Part shown: one piece after another, positions 38,956-48,637 of the stretch
Layout of the letters: every line of letters starts with the position of its first letter
Position numbering within the stretch: position 1 is the first letter of the stretch
Assembly (NCBI GenBank): GCA_001002325.1
Contig: LCNZ01000006.1
Span: 110,492 to 174,491, forward strand
Source of the DNA: Candidatus Amesbacteria bacterium GW2011_GWB1_47_19
Lineage (GTDB): Bacteria; Patescibacteriota; Microgenomatia; CAZETR01; Amesbacteraceae
Reading direction: 5' to 3'
Length of the DNA: 64,000 nt
The notes under the pieces: generated by a model
What the model was told of the DNA's origin: nothing
Database searches by the model: none
What the model saw: only the letters and a program-made list of their open reading frames with translations
Translations under genes and position numbers: made by a program

Positions 38956-39975
38956 ATGTTAAAAATCAAAGACGAGGGGATAATTTTAGAGAAAACAAAT
39001 CTGGAATTTGAAGATAAGGCTGTTTTAAATCCAGCCTGTATTCAGGAGGATGACGTGACTCACATGTTCTATCGGGCAGTTAACCATGATGACATTTCTT
39101 CCATAGGTTATTGCCAACTTAAAGACAAGAAAGTTGTAAAAAGACTTGGGAACCCGGTCCTTTTTCCCGAATTTGATTATGAGAAAAAGGGGGTAGAAGA
39201 TCCAAGAATTACATATTTGGACGGAATCTACTATCTGTTATATACAGTCTATGACGGCAAGGACGCTCTCATCTCCTACGCTACAAGCCGTGATCCTGTT
39301 AATTTTACTAAACAGGGTCTTATCTCGCCGAAAATTTCCTACGATGAGGCAGAGGATATCTTTCGTGGATCGGGAATTAGAGAGAGATATATGATGTTTG
39401 AGAAACTTGTTAAGGAGAGAGTAGGAAGAGACGTTTTACTTTTTGAAAAAGATGCCTCTCTCTTTCCTAAAAAAATAAATAATATGTTTGCACTGTTACA
39501 TAGAATATTACCCGGGATTCAAATTATTTATTTTGAAAGCTTTTCACAACTTACCGATAATTACTGGCGCGATTATTTCAAAAATCTTGGCGATTATATT
39601 GTGCTTGATCCTCTATATTGGTTTGAAGGCCGCAATATCGGTGGCGGTTGCCCTCCCATCGAAACAGAAGACGGGTGGCTGATTATTTATCATGCGGTGG
39701 AGGATACCCCTTTTGGAAAAATCTACCATGCTACCGCAGCCCTTCTTGATCTTAATAATCCCCTAAAGGTTTTAGGGCGATTGGCAGAACCACTGTTTTC
39801 CCCAACGGCTTTCTGGGAAAAAAGCGGCGTTACAGATAATATTGTCTTTCCTACCGGAGCAGTTGTAAGAGACAATAGACTTTACATTTATTATGGGGCT
39901 GCAGACACGGTAATTGCTGCAAAATCCGTTGATCTGTCCGAACTCCTGACCGAGCTTAAGAGCAGGCCTCAATAG
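38956..39975 (+). CDS. Glycoside hydrolase family 130 (beta-mannoside phosphorylase-like)
   Basis: GH130-like five-bladed propeller signatures (NPACIQEDDVTHMFYRAV, VEDPRITYLDGIYYLLYT, IYYGAADT). Confidence 0.7.
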   Translation: MLKIKDEGIILEKTNLEFEDKAVLNPACIQEDDVTHMFYRAVNHDDISSIGYCQLKDKKVVKRLGNPVLFPEFDYEKKGVEDPRITYLDGIYYLLYTVYDGKDALISYATSRDPVNFTKQGLISPKISYDEAEDIFRGSGIRERYMMFEKLVKERVGRDVLLFEKDASLFPKKINNMFALLHRILPGIQIIYFESFSQLTDNYWRDYFKNLGDYIVLDPLYWFEGRNIGGGCPPIETEDGWLIIYHAVEDTPFGKIYHATAALLDLNNPLKVLGRLAEPLFSPTAFWEKSGVTDNIVFPTGAVVRDNRLYIYYGAADTVIAAKSVDLSELLTELKSRPQ

Positions 39976-39977
39976 TT

Positions 39978-42052
39978 GTGATAGCATTCCTTTCCACTTT
40001 TCCACCGCGGCAGTGCGGAATGGCCACCTTTACTGCCGACCTTGCCAATTCTGTTGATCAGATGTTTGGGCCGTTTATTGAATCCAAAATTGTCGCAATG
40101 AATACGAATGACATAAGTCATCTGCTTTATTCAGACAAAGTAATTTTTCAAATAAGTCAACCAAATGAAAGAGACTACGTTAACACTGCTTACAATCTCA
40201 ATCAGCTCGAAAGGATAAAACTTGTCAATATTCAACATGAATTTGGTATCTTCGGAGGAGAATACGGCTCACATCTGCTTCTATTCTTGGAAAAACTTCA
40301 GAAACCGGCTGTTATCACCCTGCATACTGTTCTACCCAATCCTAATGAAAGAATGCTGGGTGTTGTTCAAACGGCGATGAAGTATTCGAAAGGAATGATC
40401 GTGATGACTAATCGCGCAAAGGAGTTGCTCAAGAGCGATTACGGGTTGGATCAAAACCATATCCAAGTTATTCCTCACGGAATCCATCATGTTCCATACA
40501 GGACCAGTGAGAACGCCAAGTCTAGTCTCGGATTTTCCGGAAGATTGGTTCTTTCCACTTTTGGACTTCTGAATTCCGGTAAAGGGATTGAATATGTGAT
40601 TGAGTCTCTTCCACCGGTAGTGGAAAAGTTTACAAATGTTTTGTTCCTGGTTATTGGTGTCACCCACCCCGTTGTTCTGAAGCAAGAGGGAGAAAATTAC
40701 CGTAATTTTCTTATCAACAAAGTTTATGAACTTGGCTTAAGCGACCACGTTCTTTTTTATGTAGCGGCCGTCCGGTAATATCCACAGCCTTTGCCCAGGC
40801 CAAAGAAGACATTACTGACAATGTAGGAATGTTGGTTGACTTCAATAAACCACAAGCTTATACCGATGCCGTCATCAAATTATTAAGCGACGATGAATTG
40901 CGTCTGCAAATGGGTAAAAACGCTTATTTCCGCACAAGATACAGGACCTGGCAAAATGTTGCCCTTTCTTATCTGAAATATTTCTCACAATTTGTGCCGG
41001 AGCTGATCCCGGGACAAAGAAAACTTCCACCCATAAAGCTAGCGCATTTGGTTAAATTGACAGACGATTTCGGTGTTATTCAGTTTGCCAAGCTTACGGA
41101 GCCTGACAATTCCTCCGGGTACACTTTGGATGATAATGCCCGCGCCTTAATTGTTGCCACCCTCCATTACAAAAAATTCAGAACTCCATTTTCGCTAAAA
41201 CTTGCCTACACATATCTAAACTTCCTTTGTCGGGTAATCAAACCCGATGGTTACTTTAACAATTATGTCGGTCCCAACCGCGCTGTTGACGAACAGAGAA
41301 ATCGTCAGGAAAACCTGGAAGATGCCAGCGCCAGAGCCTTGTATGCTCTTGCCCAGGTTTCAACCAGCAAACAAATCCCCAAACGTTTAAGAAAACAAGC
41401 TCATTCCATCTTTGAAAAAAGTTTTCGGAAAAACGTGGCTTTCTCCTCACCCCGCGCGATTGCCTCTTACATTAAAGCTCTTAGTCTTTTGCTTTCGAAG
41501 TGGAAAGAACCCAAGACCCTCGCTGAACTGATACACCTTTGTGAACAACTCGTCACTTTATACGACAAGACTCACACTCCGGAATGGGAGTGGTTCGAAC
41601 CTTATTTAACATATTCAAATGCCATACTACCGGAAGCACTTGTCCTCGGGTATAAAACAACTGGCGAGAAAAAATATCTTGAAATAGCTCAAAAAACTTT
41701 CGACTTCTTAATTAAACATACCTTTAAGGATGACATTTATATTTCTATCGGCCAAAGCGGCTGGTTTCCCAAGGAAGGGGAAAGACAATATTTTGACCAA
41801 CAGCCCGAGGACGCCGCTGCCACTGTAGAGGCTCTCAATACCATGTTCCAAGTAACAAAAGGGAAGCACTATAAAGAGTTGGCACACAAGACATTTAACT
41901 GGTTTCTGGGGGCCAATGTTCTTGGTCAGGTCGTATATGAATGGTCTACAGGAGGGTGTTACGACGGGGTGGGTGAAAAATATATTAACTTAAATCAAGG
42001 TGCCGAATCTACTATTTCTTATCTGTTGGCCCGCCTTTCTTTAGAGAGTTAA
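39978..42052 (+). pseudogene. Disrupted GT4 glycosyltransferase fused to a C-terminal alpha-helical domain (frameshift plus missing EX7E segment)
   Basis: The GT4 N-domain and the start of the C-domain end at a stop (40776). The +2 frame, open from 40730, continues with GRPVISTAF...GMLVDFNKP...LLSDDELRLQMGKNA, the GT4 C-terminal tail. The ~40 aa that normally carry ...ADVFVxPS..EGFG..LEAMAxG are absent. About 330 aa of an additional helical domain follow. Confidence 0.5.
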
Positions 42053-42108
42053 AGCCACTAGTGGCTAGCGGGAAAGTTTATTTGCCGACTGATACCCCAG
42101 CGTAAAGA

Positions 42109-42381
42109 CTACGTGTTTTTGGCAAAAAATTCATTGAATGGCTTCAGATATTTTTCGTCAACATGGGGAGGATAAATGTTCCTGAACAAAACCTGTACCT
42201 GAACTTCGCTCAGACCTTCCAGCAAATTTGTAAAAGCCTGAGGATGGGATAAAATATCCCCGTAATTTATTCTTGGAGTGATAGCTTTTACCAACTCCCA
42301 CACTCGACAATCGGATTCACAATTCGGATCACTGCATGGTTTTCCGGTTAAGGAGCAAGCTCGGGTTTCAGAAAAAGGCAT
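42109..42381 (-). CDS. Hypothetical Cys-rich small protein
   Basis: 90 aa with the N-terminal cluster CSLTGKPCSDPNCESDC. Confidence 0.3.
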   Translation of the reverse strand: MPFSETRACSLTGKPCSDPNCESDCRVWELVKAITPRINYGDILSHPQAFTNLLEGLSEVQVQVLFRNIYPPHVDEKYLKPFNEFFAKNT

Positions 42382-42427
42382 AAAGAAATTAGATGAATTG
42401 TAGTTCTTTCCGGCCGGGAGTCAACTG

Positions 42428-43348
42428 TTAGAGATAGTCTTTTTTCCAGAAGATGATCCAGAGGACGGCGGTAATACCCAGGGTAAGCAGGATGATAGCG
42501 AGAAAAGCGAGGGGATGATCGGACAGCGGCAGGGGCACATTCATACCGAAGAAACTGGCGATGGCGGTGGGGATGGTGAGAATCAGGGTAACGGCGGTGA
42601 GCAGTTTGACAGTGCGGTTTAAATTGTTGGAAATAATGGAAGTGTAGGCTTCACGGATATTGGTAATAGCCTTGATGTTTGACAGACATAGCTTTACCAG
42701 CTGATTGGTACCGATCTGTAAATCCTCCACCAGATCCTGATCCGCTTCAAATAATTGAAGATACTTACCGGATAGCAACTGGCCGAGGGTAATGGACAAG
42801 GGTTCCAGCGAAGTCAGAAAGTCATTGAAGACGGATTCAAAATTGATGAGCTGCATAATGTCCTGGTTGGAAATATTATTCATGTCCACGGTGTAGTTTC
42901 TGACTTTTTTCCTAATATCATTGACCATGTGCGAATAGTCGGAATTTATTTCCAGAAGAAGCTGGATAAAAAGCTTGGTCTTTTGGGTAGTGGAAATTTC
43001 CGACCGGGATTTTTTGATCCTTTCGGCAATATTCTGGTCATGCCCGGAAACCGTAATGAAATAATCGGGAGTCACCACAATCAGCAGGGGGGCGGTGTGG
43101 ATCTGGCCGGAAATATCCTGGGGGGTACGGATGAAGATATAGTCATTGCCGTCTTCGCGTTCGATACGGGAGACTTCGTAAGGATCCAGGGCATCTTTGA
43201 GGGTCTGAAAATCAAGTTTGAGTTCCGCGGCAATTTTTTCCAATTCGACCAGGTCGGGGTCGACGATATTTATCCAACAGCCGGGTTTGTAAGTATCTAA
43301 CAGCCTGAGTTCCGTACCTTTGAGGCTTTTGAAAAATATTTCCACCAT
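42428..43348 (-). CDS. corA: CorA-family Mg2+/Co2+ transporter
   Basis: Two C-terminal TM helices with the FFGMNV (GMN) signature. Confidence 0.85.
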   Translation of the reverse strand: MVEIFFKSLKGTELRLLDTYKPGCWINIVDPDLVELEKIAAELKLDFQTLKDALDPYEVSRIEREDGNDYIFIRTPQDISGQIHTAPLLIVVTPDYFITVSGHDQNIAERIKKSRSEISTTQKTKLFIQLLLEINSDYSHMVNDIRKKVRNYTVDMNNISNQDIMQLINFESVFNDFLTSLEPLSITLGQLLSGKYLQLFEADQDLVEDLQIGTNQLVKLCLSNIKAITNIREAYTSIISNNLNRTVKLLTAVTLILTIPTAIASFFGMNVPLPLSDHPLAFLAIILLTLGITAVLWIIFWKKDYL

Positions 43349-43451
43349 GAGTTCATTCTAACAATACCGGGGCGGTAGTAGAATATTAAAATTAATGCAG
43401 GAGACATAATGAACTTTATCTCCGAAGGCCTATAAGGTAAGATAGGGTGAT

Positions 43452-43739
43452 ATGAGCTGGAAAGATATATTGATAAGAATAATGCCGGATTACATGACGT
43501 CCGGTAGAAAGAACGAGGTTGAACGCCGGTACGAGGGATTGGACCCGAAGTTGAGGAGAGATGCGATTCACGGTAATGAGCAGGAGGCACGAAAAGCGTT
43601 CAGTGAACTTGGAGATGACACTACTTTACCTGATGGAGTGATCACGCTTCTATATGAACAGAGAGTGTTTCAGCAACAGGCTAACGATAACGCATCGAAA
43701 GAAGGCGGATTAAAGGGGCGCAAAAAACGGAAGCCTTAA
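43452..43739 (+). CDS. Hypothetical small basic protein
   Basis: 95-aa ORF with no motifs. Confidence 0.3.
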   Translation: MSWKDILIRIMPDYMTSGRKNEVERRYEGLDPKLRRDAIHGNEQEARKAFSELGDDTTLPDGVITLLYEQRVFQQQANDNASKEGGLKGRKKRKP

Positions 43740-43749
43740 CGGTATGAGG

Positions 43750-44337
43750 TTAGAGGCCAGGGTCGTTTTCAAAACCAAAACTGCCGTCGATGACTCCGCG
43801 GCTTCGAAGAGCTATTAATCCCCTATAAGTTTCCTGCGGATGATATGCATTGCGATTTAGTATGTTTGGCCGGAAGGTCAATTCCAGGGGGATCAAAGCC
43901 AGCTGACGAATTTCCCGCCGGTTGACCTGGGATGGCGGATCGAATAAAACCGTGCCGTCATCAAGACGTCTGGGATTGTCCAACACAAAACGGTCAATAT
44001 CGACCATAACGCCATATATCAAATGTCCCCGATCTGCTCCGTAATATTCCCAAGACCAATGAAGATATGACATTTCGTCCGGATCTACCTCCAAGCCGGT
44101 TTCTTCCCTAAGCTCTCTTATACCAACATCGCTGATAGTATTGTCGGATTCGCTGACTTTACCGGCGGGAACGCCCCAGGGCATTCCCGGTTTTTCTGCC
44201 TGTTGTACGGCCAAATAATACGCCGGGGTATCATTTTGCATGACTATAACCCAGACAGCCACGGATGAGAGATTAAATACAATTCTTTCCTCCCCGAACA
44301 TTTCCAGTGGACAGGGAGGCCTGATTTCCACTTTCAT
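43750..44337 (-). CDS. NUDIX hydrolase
   Basis: Nudix box GKVSESDNTISDVGIRELREETGLEV. Confidence 0.75.
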   Translation of the reverse strand: MKVEIRPPCPLEMFGEERIVFNLSSVAVWVIVMQNDTPAYYLAVQQAEKPGMPWGVPAGKVSESDNTISDVGIRELREETGLEVDPDEMSYLHWSWEYYGADRGHLIYGVMVDIDRFVLDNPRRLDDGTVLFDPPSQVNRREIRQLALIPLELTFRPNILNRNAYHPQETYRGLIALRSRGVIDGSFGFENDPGL

Positions 44338-44349
44338 AGGGGTTTCGGG

Positions 44350-44649
44350 TTATCCTTCCTTGAATCTGCGCCAAAGTCCACGAATCGTGATATCAGGCGA
44401 AACCTTACCTGTTTTGTGGTCGACCGGCACATCTATTAATAAATCCGGATTTTTAATATGTCCCACATTTTTTTTCATCACTCCCCGCTCATATACATAG
44501 CTTCCAGGGTCTGTTGAGTCCCCTTCGGCCAACACTTGAGTTCTTGGATGTCCCGGAGCACGAAATACCCCCCGTCTCGTATCTGTCCATTGTTCAACCC
44601 TTATCGTATTTTCATCAATGGGAGACATTTGACATGATATTACATTCAT
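44350..44649 (-). CDS. Hypothetical protein (possibly a frameshifted partner of the next ORF)
   Basis: 99-aa ORF that overlaps the next ORF by 4 nt. Confidence 0.25.
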   Translation of the reverse strand: MNVISCQMSPIDENTIRVEQWTDTRRGVFRAPGHPRTQVLAEGDSTDPGSYVYERGVMKKNVGHIKNPDLLIDVPVDHKTGKVSPDITIRGLWRRFKEG

Positions 44650-44987
44650 TTATCGGGATTGTGAAGACTGCCGGTGGAAGGCGCATGCAGGCATTCGGCA
44701 ACTTCCGGATGCGTCGCAAGGCCCAGACAGGAAATTACTCCCCCGGCCGTGCGATGACCGGGTCGGCGCTCATGCAGTTTGACTGAATGTTTGTTTTTGA
44801 GAAATGGCTGGCTAGGAGTGTTAATGTTTTTGTAAAGCTGGCAATGTATACATCCGGCCATAAAAAGAATTACTTCTTTCAGTTTTTCAGAATTAAACCC
44901 TCTGGCCGAATCAGTGGTTACTTCAACAAAAAATTTGCCTTTTTTACGGTCAATACCCGTGTAGTAAATATCTTCCGGATTGCTCAT
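44646..44987 (-). CDS. Hypothetical protein
   Basis: 113-aa ORF whose C-terminal third is low-complexity. Confidence 0.25.
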   Translation of the reverse strand: MSNPEDIYYTGIDRKKGKFFVEVTTDSARGFNSEKLKEVILFMAGCIHCQLYKNINTPSQPFLKNKHSVKLHERRPGHRTAGGVISCLGLATHPEVAECLHAPSTGSLHNPDK

Positions 44988-45050
44988 CTGCGTGGTATTT
45001 TACCCTATCTTTGGGGAAAGTCGTGCTGATGGAGAGTATAATCGTCACGC

Positions 45051-45266
45051 ATGGCAAATACGGCAATTGAATATTCCGAATTTATGCGGGTGAATTGTTA
45101 TCCCTGCGAAATGAAGGAAATTACAAATGACGGAACCAGATTGTACCGGGCATGCGATAAAAACGGTGTACCTAAATTTATACAAGACGGTTTTTGCCTA
45201 ATCGCGGTCGTACGGGGACAGGCGGGAACGATGACTAATGAGGGATTTGTTAAAAAAATCGCTTGA
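45051..45266 (+). CDS. Small zinc-ribbon-like protein, paralog 1
   Basis: 71 aa. Shares the pattern NCxxC...C...GxC[LV][IF]A[VT]V[RK]xQxGxMTxxGF with the downstream ORF. Confidence 0.45.
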   Translation: MANTAIEYSEFMRVNCYPCEMKEITNDGTRLYRACDKNGVPKFIQDGFCLIAVVRGQAGTMTNEGFVKKIA

Positions 45267-45379
45267 AACCTGGTCCTATTGCTTCAGCTCCGGACCTGGC
45301 CTAGACTTTGGGCGGAAGCGACAGGAGCGATAGTTTAATATATTGAAAAAAAGCTTATAATAAGTGATATAATAGATAC

Positions 45380-45601
45380 ATGGCCTGGAATAAGGAAGTG
45401 GAATCCATGTTTGTAGTTTTGAACTGCCGATCCTGTGATAACAATGTATTACGGAATGGTGCTTTCAGGTGTCAGGTCCGAAAGGCCGGAAAATTCAGGC
45501 GAAAGGGGGAGTGTGTTTTTGCAACGGTGAAAGATCAGCCGGGAAAGATGACATTCAAAGGGTTTATTGCATACGAGACAAGTTCCTGGGCGGGATTTTA
45601 G
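45380..45601 (+). CDS. Small zinc-ribbon-like protein, paralog 2
   Basis: 73 aa. See paralog 1. It has its own TATAAT-like promoter upstream. Confidence 0.45.
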   Translation: MAWNKEVESMFVVLNCRSCDNNVLRNGAFRCQVRKAGKFRRKGECVFATVKDQPGKMTFKGFIAYETSSWAGF

Positions 45602-45741
45602 GTTGTGGCTTTTTTATACCCCATATATTAAAAACTTCTCCGGAATCAAACTGATTACTCTGCCTTCCCCGTCACCGCGCTATGCGGCCCTAAGTCTGCA
45701 GGCCAAATATACCCTGTATCTCAAACTTCTACCGCAATTGT

Positions 45742-45767
45742 AGCCTTCACATACCGGAAGTGTGATG
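45742..45767. repeat. REP1 palindromic element, degenerate copy
   Basis: AGCCTTCACA-TACCGGAAG-TGTGATG. It shares the left arm with REP1 but the right arm has diverged. It lies just 3' of the stop of the 45772-46836 gene. Confidence 0.5.
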
Positions 45768-45771
45768 TTGA

Positions 45772-46836
45772 TTATTCCAGGGGGCCCATGGGGAAGGAAG
45801 CCTGTGATATTTCGTTGGCTAAATTTATAACCGGTACCCGGGTGCGGGCCCGGAAATCGTAAACGTAAATCTGCTGGGACCATTGATTGTAGTAGGAAAC
45901 TTCTGACACAGACACCCGGTTGTTATCCAGCCATCGGCCGCAGTATGAATACTGCTGTCCGGAACTGAGTGTCTTTTTTGCCGCCAGATCGTAAAGGATA
46001 TAACCGAAATATCCGGAACTGCCGTTTCCGAAACACACTTTGTTACCGTCGGCATTGGCTATCACTTTTCCGGCATATTCGGCAGCCGTCGCTTCCGTAT
46101 CCGTAATATCCCCGGTAATTCTGTTTATCTGCATTAAATGGACGGGACAGCAGTCCTCTTCCGGTATCCAAAAAAGATAATTATTGTTATTGGCCGGATA
46201 TGCACCGTAGCCGGTATCTACTTCCGCCAGTTTCTCCGCCTCCGGCCAGATCCGGTAAATCCCGTCGCCCATGCTCGCCTCTAATGTGTCGTTATTCCAC
46301 CAGACCCCCATCTCCCCGTTCAGGTCGTCCGGAATTGTCCCCTGATATACTACCTCTGCCTTGATCTCTTCCTTATACGGCTTACTTGCCGGCATATTCG
46401 TGATCTTTACGACCGCAAATTTGTCATAAATTACCGCCGCCAGCCATTTGCTGTTTTTATCCCAGGATATCAATTCATTGTCCGGATACCTGTTTTCCGG
46501 ATCTTTCATTACTTTCCAGATTTCCGCCAGAGACTCCCTCTGGACAAAATAATCCGAAGTTTGTTCCGTAATATATAACTCAAAGGTTTCCACCCCCTCC
46601 CGGGCATAATCGGCCAGGTATGCCAGGTACTTCCCGTCCGGTGACAGTGTCCCCACATCGATATCCCTCCAGATACCGCGCCTTCTGTCCGGCGTCGGTT
46701 CAATATCCTGGCATTTCGGACACGGCTCGCTGACCTTAACATTTTTCTTGATATTTAAGGCCAAAATCCCGTACCCGGCCCAAAGTATGACTGCCGTCAT
46801 CCCCGCCAACACTACCACCTTACTCTTCACAATCAT
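45772..46836 (-). CDS. Membrane-anchored hypothetical protein with a TolB-like beta-propeller signature
   Basis: An N-terminal TM helix and LSPDGKYLAY-type repeats. Confidence 0.45.
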   Translation of the reverse strand: MIVKSKVVVLAGMTAVILWAGYGILALNIKKNVKVSEPCPKCQDIEPTPDRRRGIWRDIDVGTLSPDGKYLAYLADYAREGVETFELYITEQTSDYFVQRESLAEIWKVMKDPENRYPDNELISWDKNSKWLAAVIYDKFAVVKITNMPASKPYKEEIKAEVVYQGTIPDDLNGEMGVWWNNDTLEASMGDGIYRIWPEAEKLAEVDTGYGAYPANNNNYLFWIPEEDCCPVHLMQINRITGDITDTEATAAEYAGKVIANADGNKVCFGNGSSGYFGYILYDLAAKKTLSSGQQYSYCGRWLDNNRVSVSEVSYYNQWSQQIYVYDFRARTRVPVINLANEISQASFPMGPLE

Positions 46837-46887
46837 ATTTTACCAAAACTGCGTTGGTTTATAATGTACCCATACTGGTATCTCTGC

Positions 46888-47220
46888 ATGACGGTATTTG
46901 CGGAAAAGCTTTACGGAAAGACCGGGGCCCAGATAAGTGTTAATGATGAAAATGAGGAATTAGCGGGGTCGGTGTTTGTAACTGAATACGGTAAAAGAGT
47001 AAAGATTGGTGATTTGCATGTGAGACCTGATTATCGGGGTCATCAGTTCGGGGTAGAGCTTTTACGCGAGGCTGAATTATGGACAAAGCAAAGGGGTTTT
47101 AGAGAAATATTCGGCAAACTGATACCGGTGCCGGGTGGTGAGAAGGCTTTGTTGGACGCGCTGAAAAACCAGGGATATACGATTGATTACAGAACCGGTA
47201 TCGCCAGAAAAAAAATCTGA
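46888..47220 (+). CDS. GNAT-family N-acetyltransferase (short)
   Basis: IGDLHVRPDYRGHQFGVELLREAELWTKQRGFREI has the acetyl-CoA binding R-x-x-G-x-G/A motif. The start was set at an internal Met. Confidence 0.6.
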   Translation: MTVFAEKLYGKTGAQISVNDENEELAGSVFVTEYGKRVKIGDLHVRPDYRGHQFGVELLREAELWTKQRGFREIFGKLIPVPGGEKALLDALKNQGYTIDYRTGIARKKI

Positions 47221-47296
47221 ATTTTGTTTGTTAGAATGGATGGTAATGGGGGAGTTTAAAGTAATCGGGACTAAGACTCTGTTCTAATCGGAAAAA

Positions 47297-47737
47297 GTGC
47301 AGGTAGACAGGGAGACCATCTCCCTGCCGAACGGAAACCAGGCGGAATGGGATTTAATGGTTTACCCCGATTTTTATGAGGCAGCGGTAATTAAAGACGG
47401 GAAAGTACTAATGACCCGGGAATGGAGGCAGGGACCGCATAAGACTGAGGAAGAAAATCTGGCCGAACTTAAAAGGGAACTTAAGGAGGAATTGGGAGTA
47501 GAAGGCGGAGATTTCGAAAAAGTAATCCGGTTTGCCCAAGGAGAAAGACTGACCGGATTTTGTACGGTGTATTTCGTTACTAATTTCAGGCTGTCCGAAA
47601 CCTCCCGGGACGCCAACGAAATCCAGGAACTCATTGAACTGTCCATAAAAAATTTGTATCAGGAACTTACGGCGCACCACACCGTCATGCCGGAGACCCT
47701 CCTCATCGCCAAAATTCTGGAAGAAGAATTGGGCTAA
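47297..47737 (+). CDS. NUDIX hydrolase
   Basis: A degenerate Nudix box in ...EENLAELKRELKEELGV, within the expected fold length. Confidence 0.6.
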   Translation: MQVDRETISLPNGNQAEWDLMVYPDFYEAAVIKDGKVLMTREWRQGPHKTEEENLAELKRELKEELGVEGGDFEKVIRFAQGERLTGFCTVYFVTNFRLSETSRDANEIQELIELSIKNLYQELTAHHTVMPETLLIAKILEEELG

Positions 47738-47778
47738 AGGGGTATATTCACCGCTTTATTTTAACAAACTGAGAACGA

Positions 47779-47850
47779 AGAGGTTATAGGTTCTAGGTTA
47801 TAGGGATTAGGGATTATTAGAATTAATCTAAATCCTGATTGACCTACTAC
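47779..47850. repeat. Intergenic repeat GAGGTTATAGG...AATTAATCTAA...TTGACCTA (copy 1)
   Basis: A related copy is at 51480-51527. Both lie in long intergenic regions upstream of plus-strand genes. Confidence 0.5.
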
Positions 47851-47886
47851 TCTTGTGATTGCGAAGCTTCCGGAAGAAAGTATTGG

Positions 47887-48120
47887 TTAGGATCCGGGGG
47901 AGTTAACGAAGTGCCGCAAACCGGCCATTGGCCGTTGATTGACTTTGGAATTCACTAATGGAACCAAAGGACGTACAAAAGGACATTCGGCCAGACAACG
48001 GCTGCAGTGTTTTCTGACATAATATACATTATCCCCGTTTTTCATCTGTAAAACACTTCCGGAAACCTGAGCTTCTTTTAGCATTAAATTCTTGTAACAT
48101 TCGGGGGGGGCGGAGGTCAA
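47887..48120 (-). CDS. Hypothetical Cys-containing small protein (uncertain)
   Basis: 77-aa ORF with CSRCLAECP. It may be spurious. Confidence 0.2.
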   Translation of the reverse strand: MTSAPPECYKNLMLKEAQVSGSVLQMKNGDNVYYVRKHCSRCLAECPFVRPLVPLVNSKVNQRPMAGLRHFVNSPGS

Positions 48121-48155
48121 GGGCGGGATGATATAATCGGGGTATAAAAACGATT

Positions 48156-48374
48156 TTGGTGGATGCGGTAGAAACCTTCGTCCTCGAAGGAATCGGGGTT
48201 TATCATCCGCTTTATAAACTTCTGGAAAAATATCCCAATCGGAAAATCATATTGACCAACGCTGATGACGCCCAATTAATTGAATTCGGGCTTATCGATC
48301 TGCCTTACGAACTTTTTTCTCTGAAACACAATCCGAATAAGGAGGACTCCGGGTACTATAAGCAGATGATGTAG
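48156..48374 (+). CDS. Hypothetical protein, possibly truncated (3' end partially duplicated at 49693)
   Basis: 72-aa ORF. The downstream frames contain further protein-like segments (GIISYHYDPEKKDLESLKEFLDKNTTS), which suggests a frameshifted longer gene. Confidence 0.3.
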   Translation: MVDAVETFVLEGIGVYHPLYKLLEKYPNRKIILTNADDAQLIEFGLIDLPYELFSLKHNPNKEDSGYYKQMM

Positions 48375-48501
48375 TGTATTTTGAACATAATCCAGAGGCG
48401 GTAATAAGTGCCCAATCGGCGGGGATAATTTCATATCATTATGATCCCGAGAAAAAGGATTTGGAGAGCTTGAAGGAGTTTTTGGACAAAAACACTACCA
48501 G

Positions 48502-48543
48502 TTAATAAGGACAATCCTTTAAGGATAATCCTTTGGGACTATA
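48502..48543. repeat. Operator-like palindromic repeat, copy A (contains the 13-bp palindrome AAGGATAATCCTT)
   Basis: TTAATAAGGACAATCCTTTAAGGATAATCCTTTGGGACTAT. A near-identical copy is at 49731-49772. Confidence 0.55.
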
Positions 48544-48557
48544 CAAATTCCCGTGGT

Positions 48558-48586
48558 TAGCCTGCACACACCGGGAGTGTGAAAGC
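48558..48586. repeat. REP1 palindromic element, inverted-orientation copy
   Basis: AGCCTGCACAC-ACCGGGA-GTGTGAAAGCT. The loop is the reverse complement of the REP1 loop. Confidence 0.6.
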
Positions 48587-48637
48587 TAAATACATTGGCT
48601 AAACCTTGTGGTATATAATACTTGAAGATTAATAATT

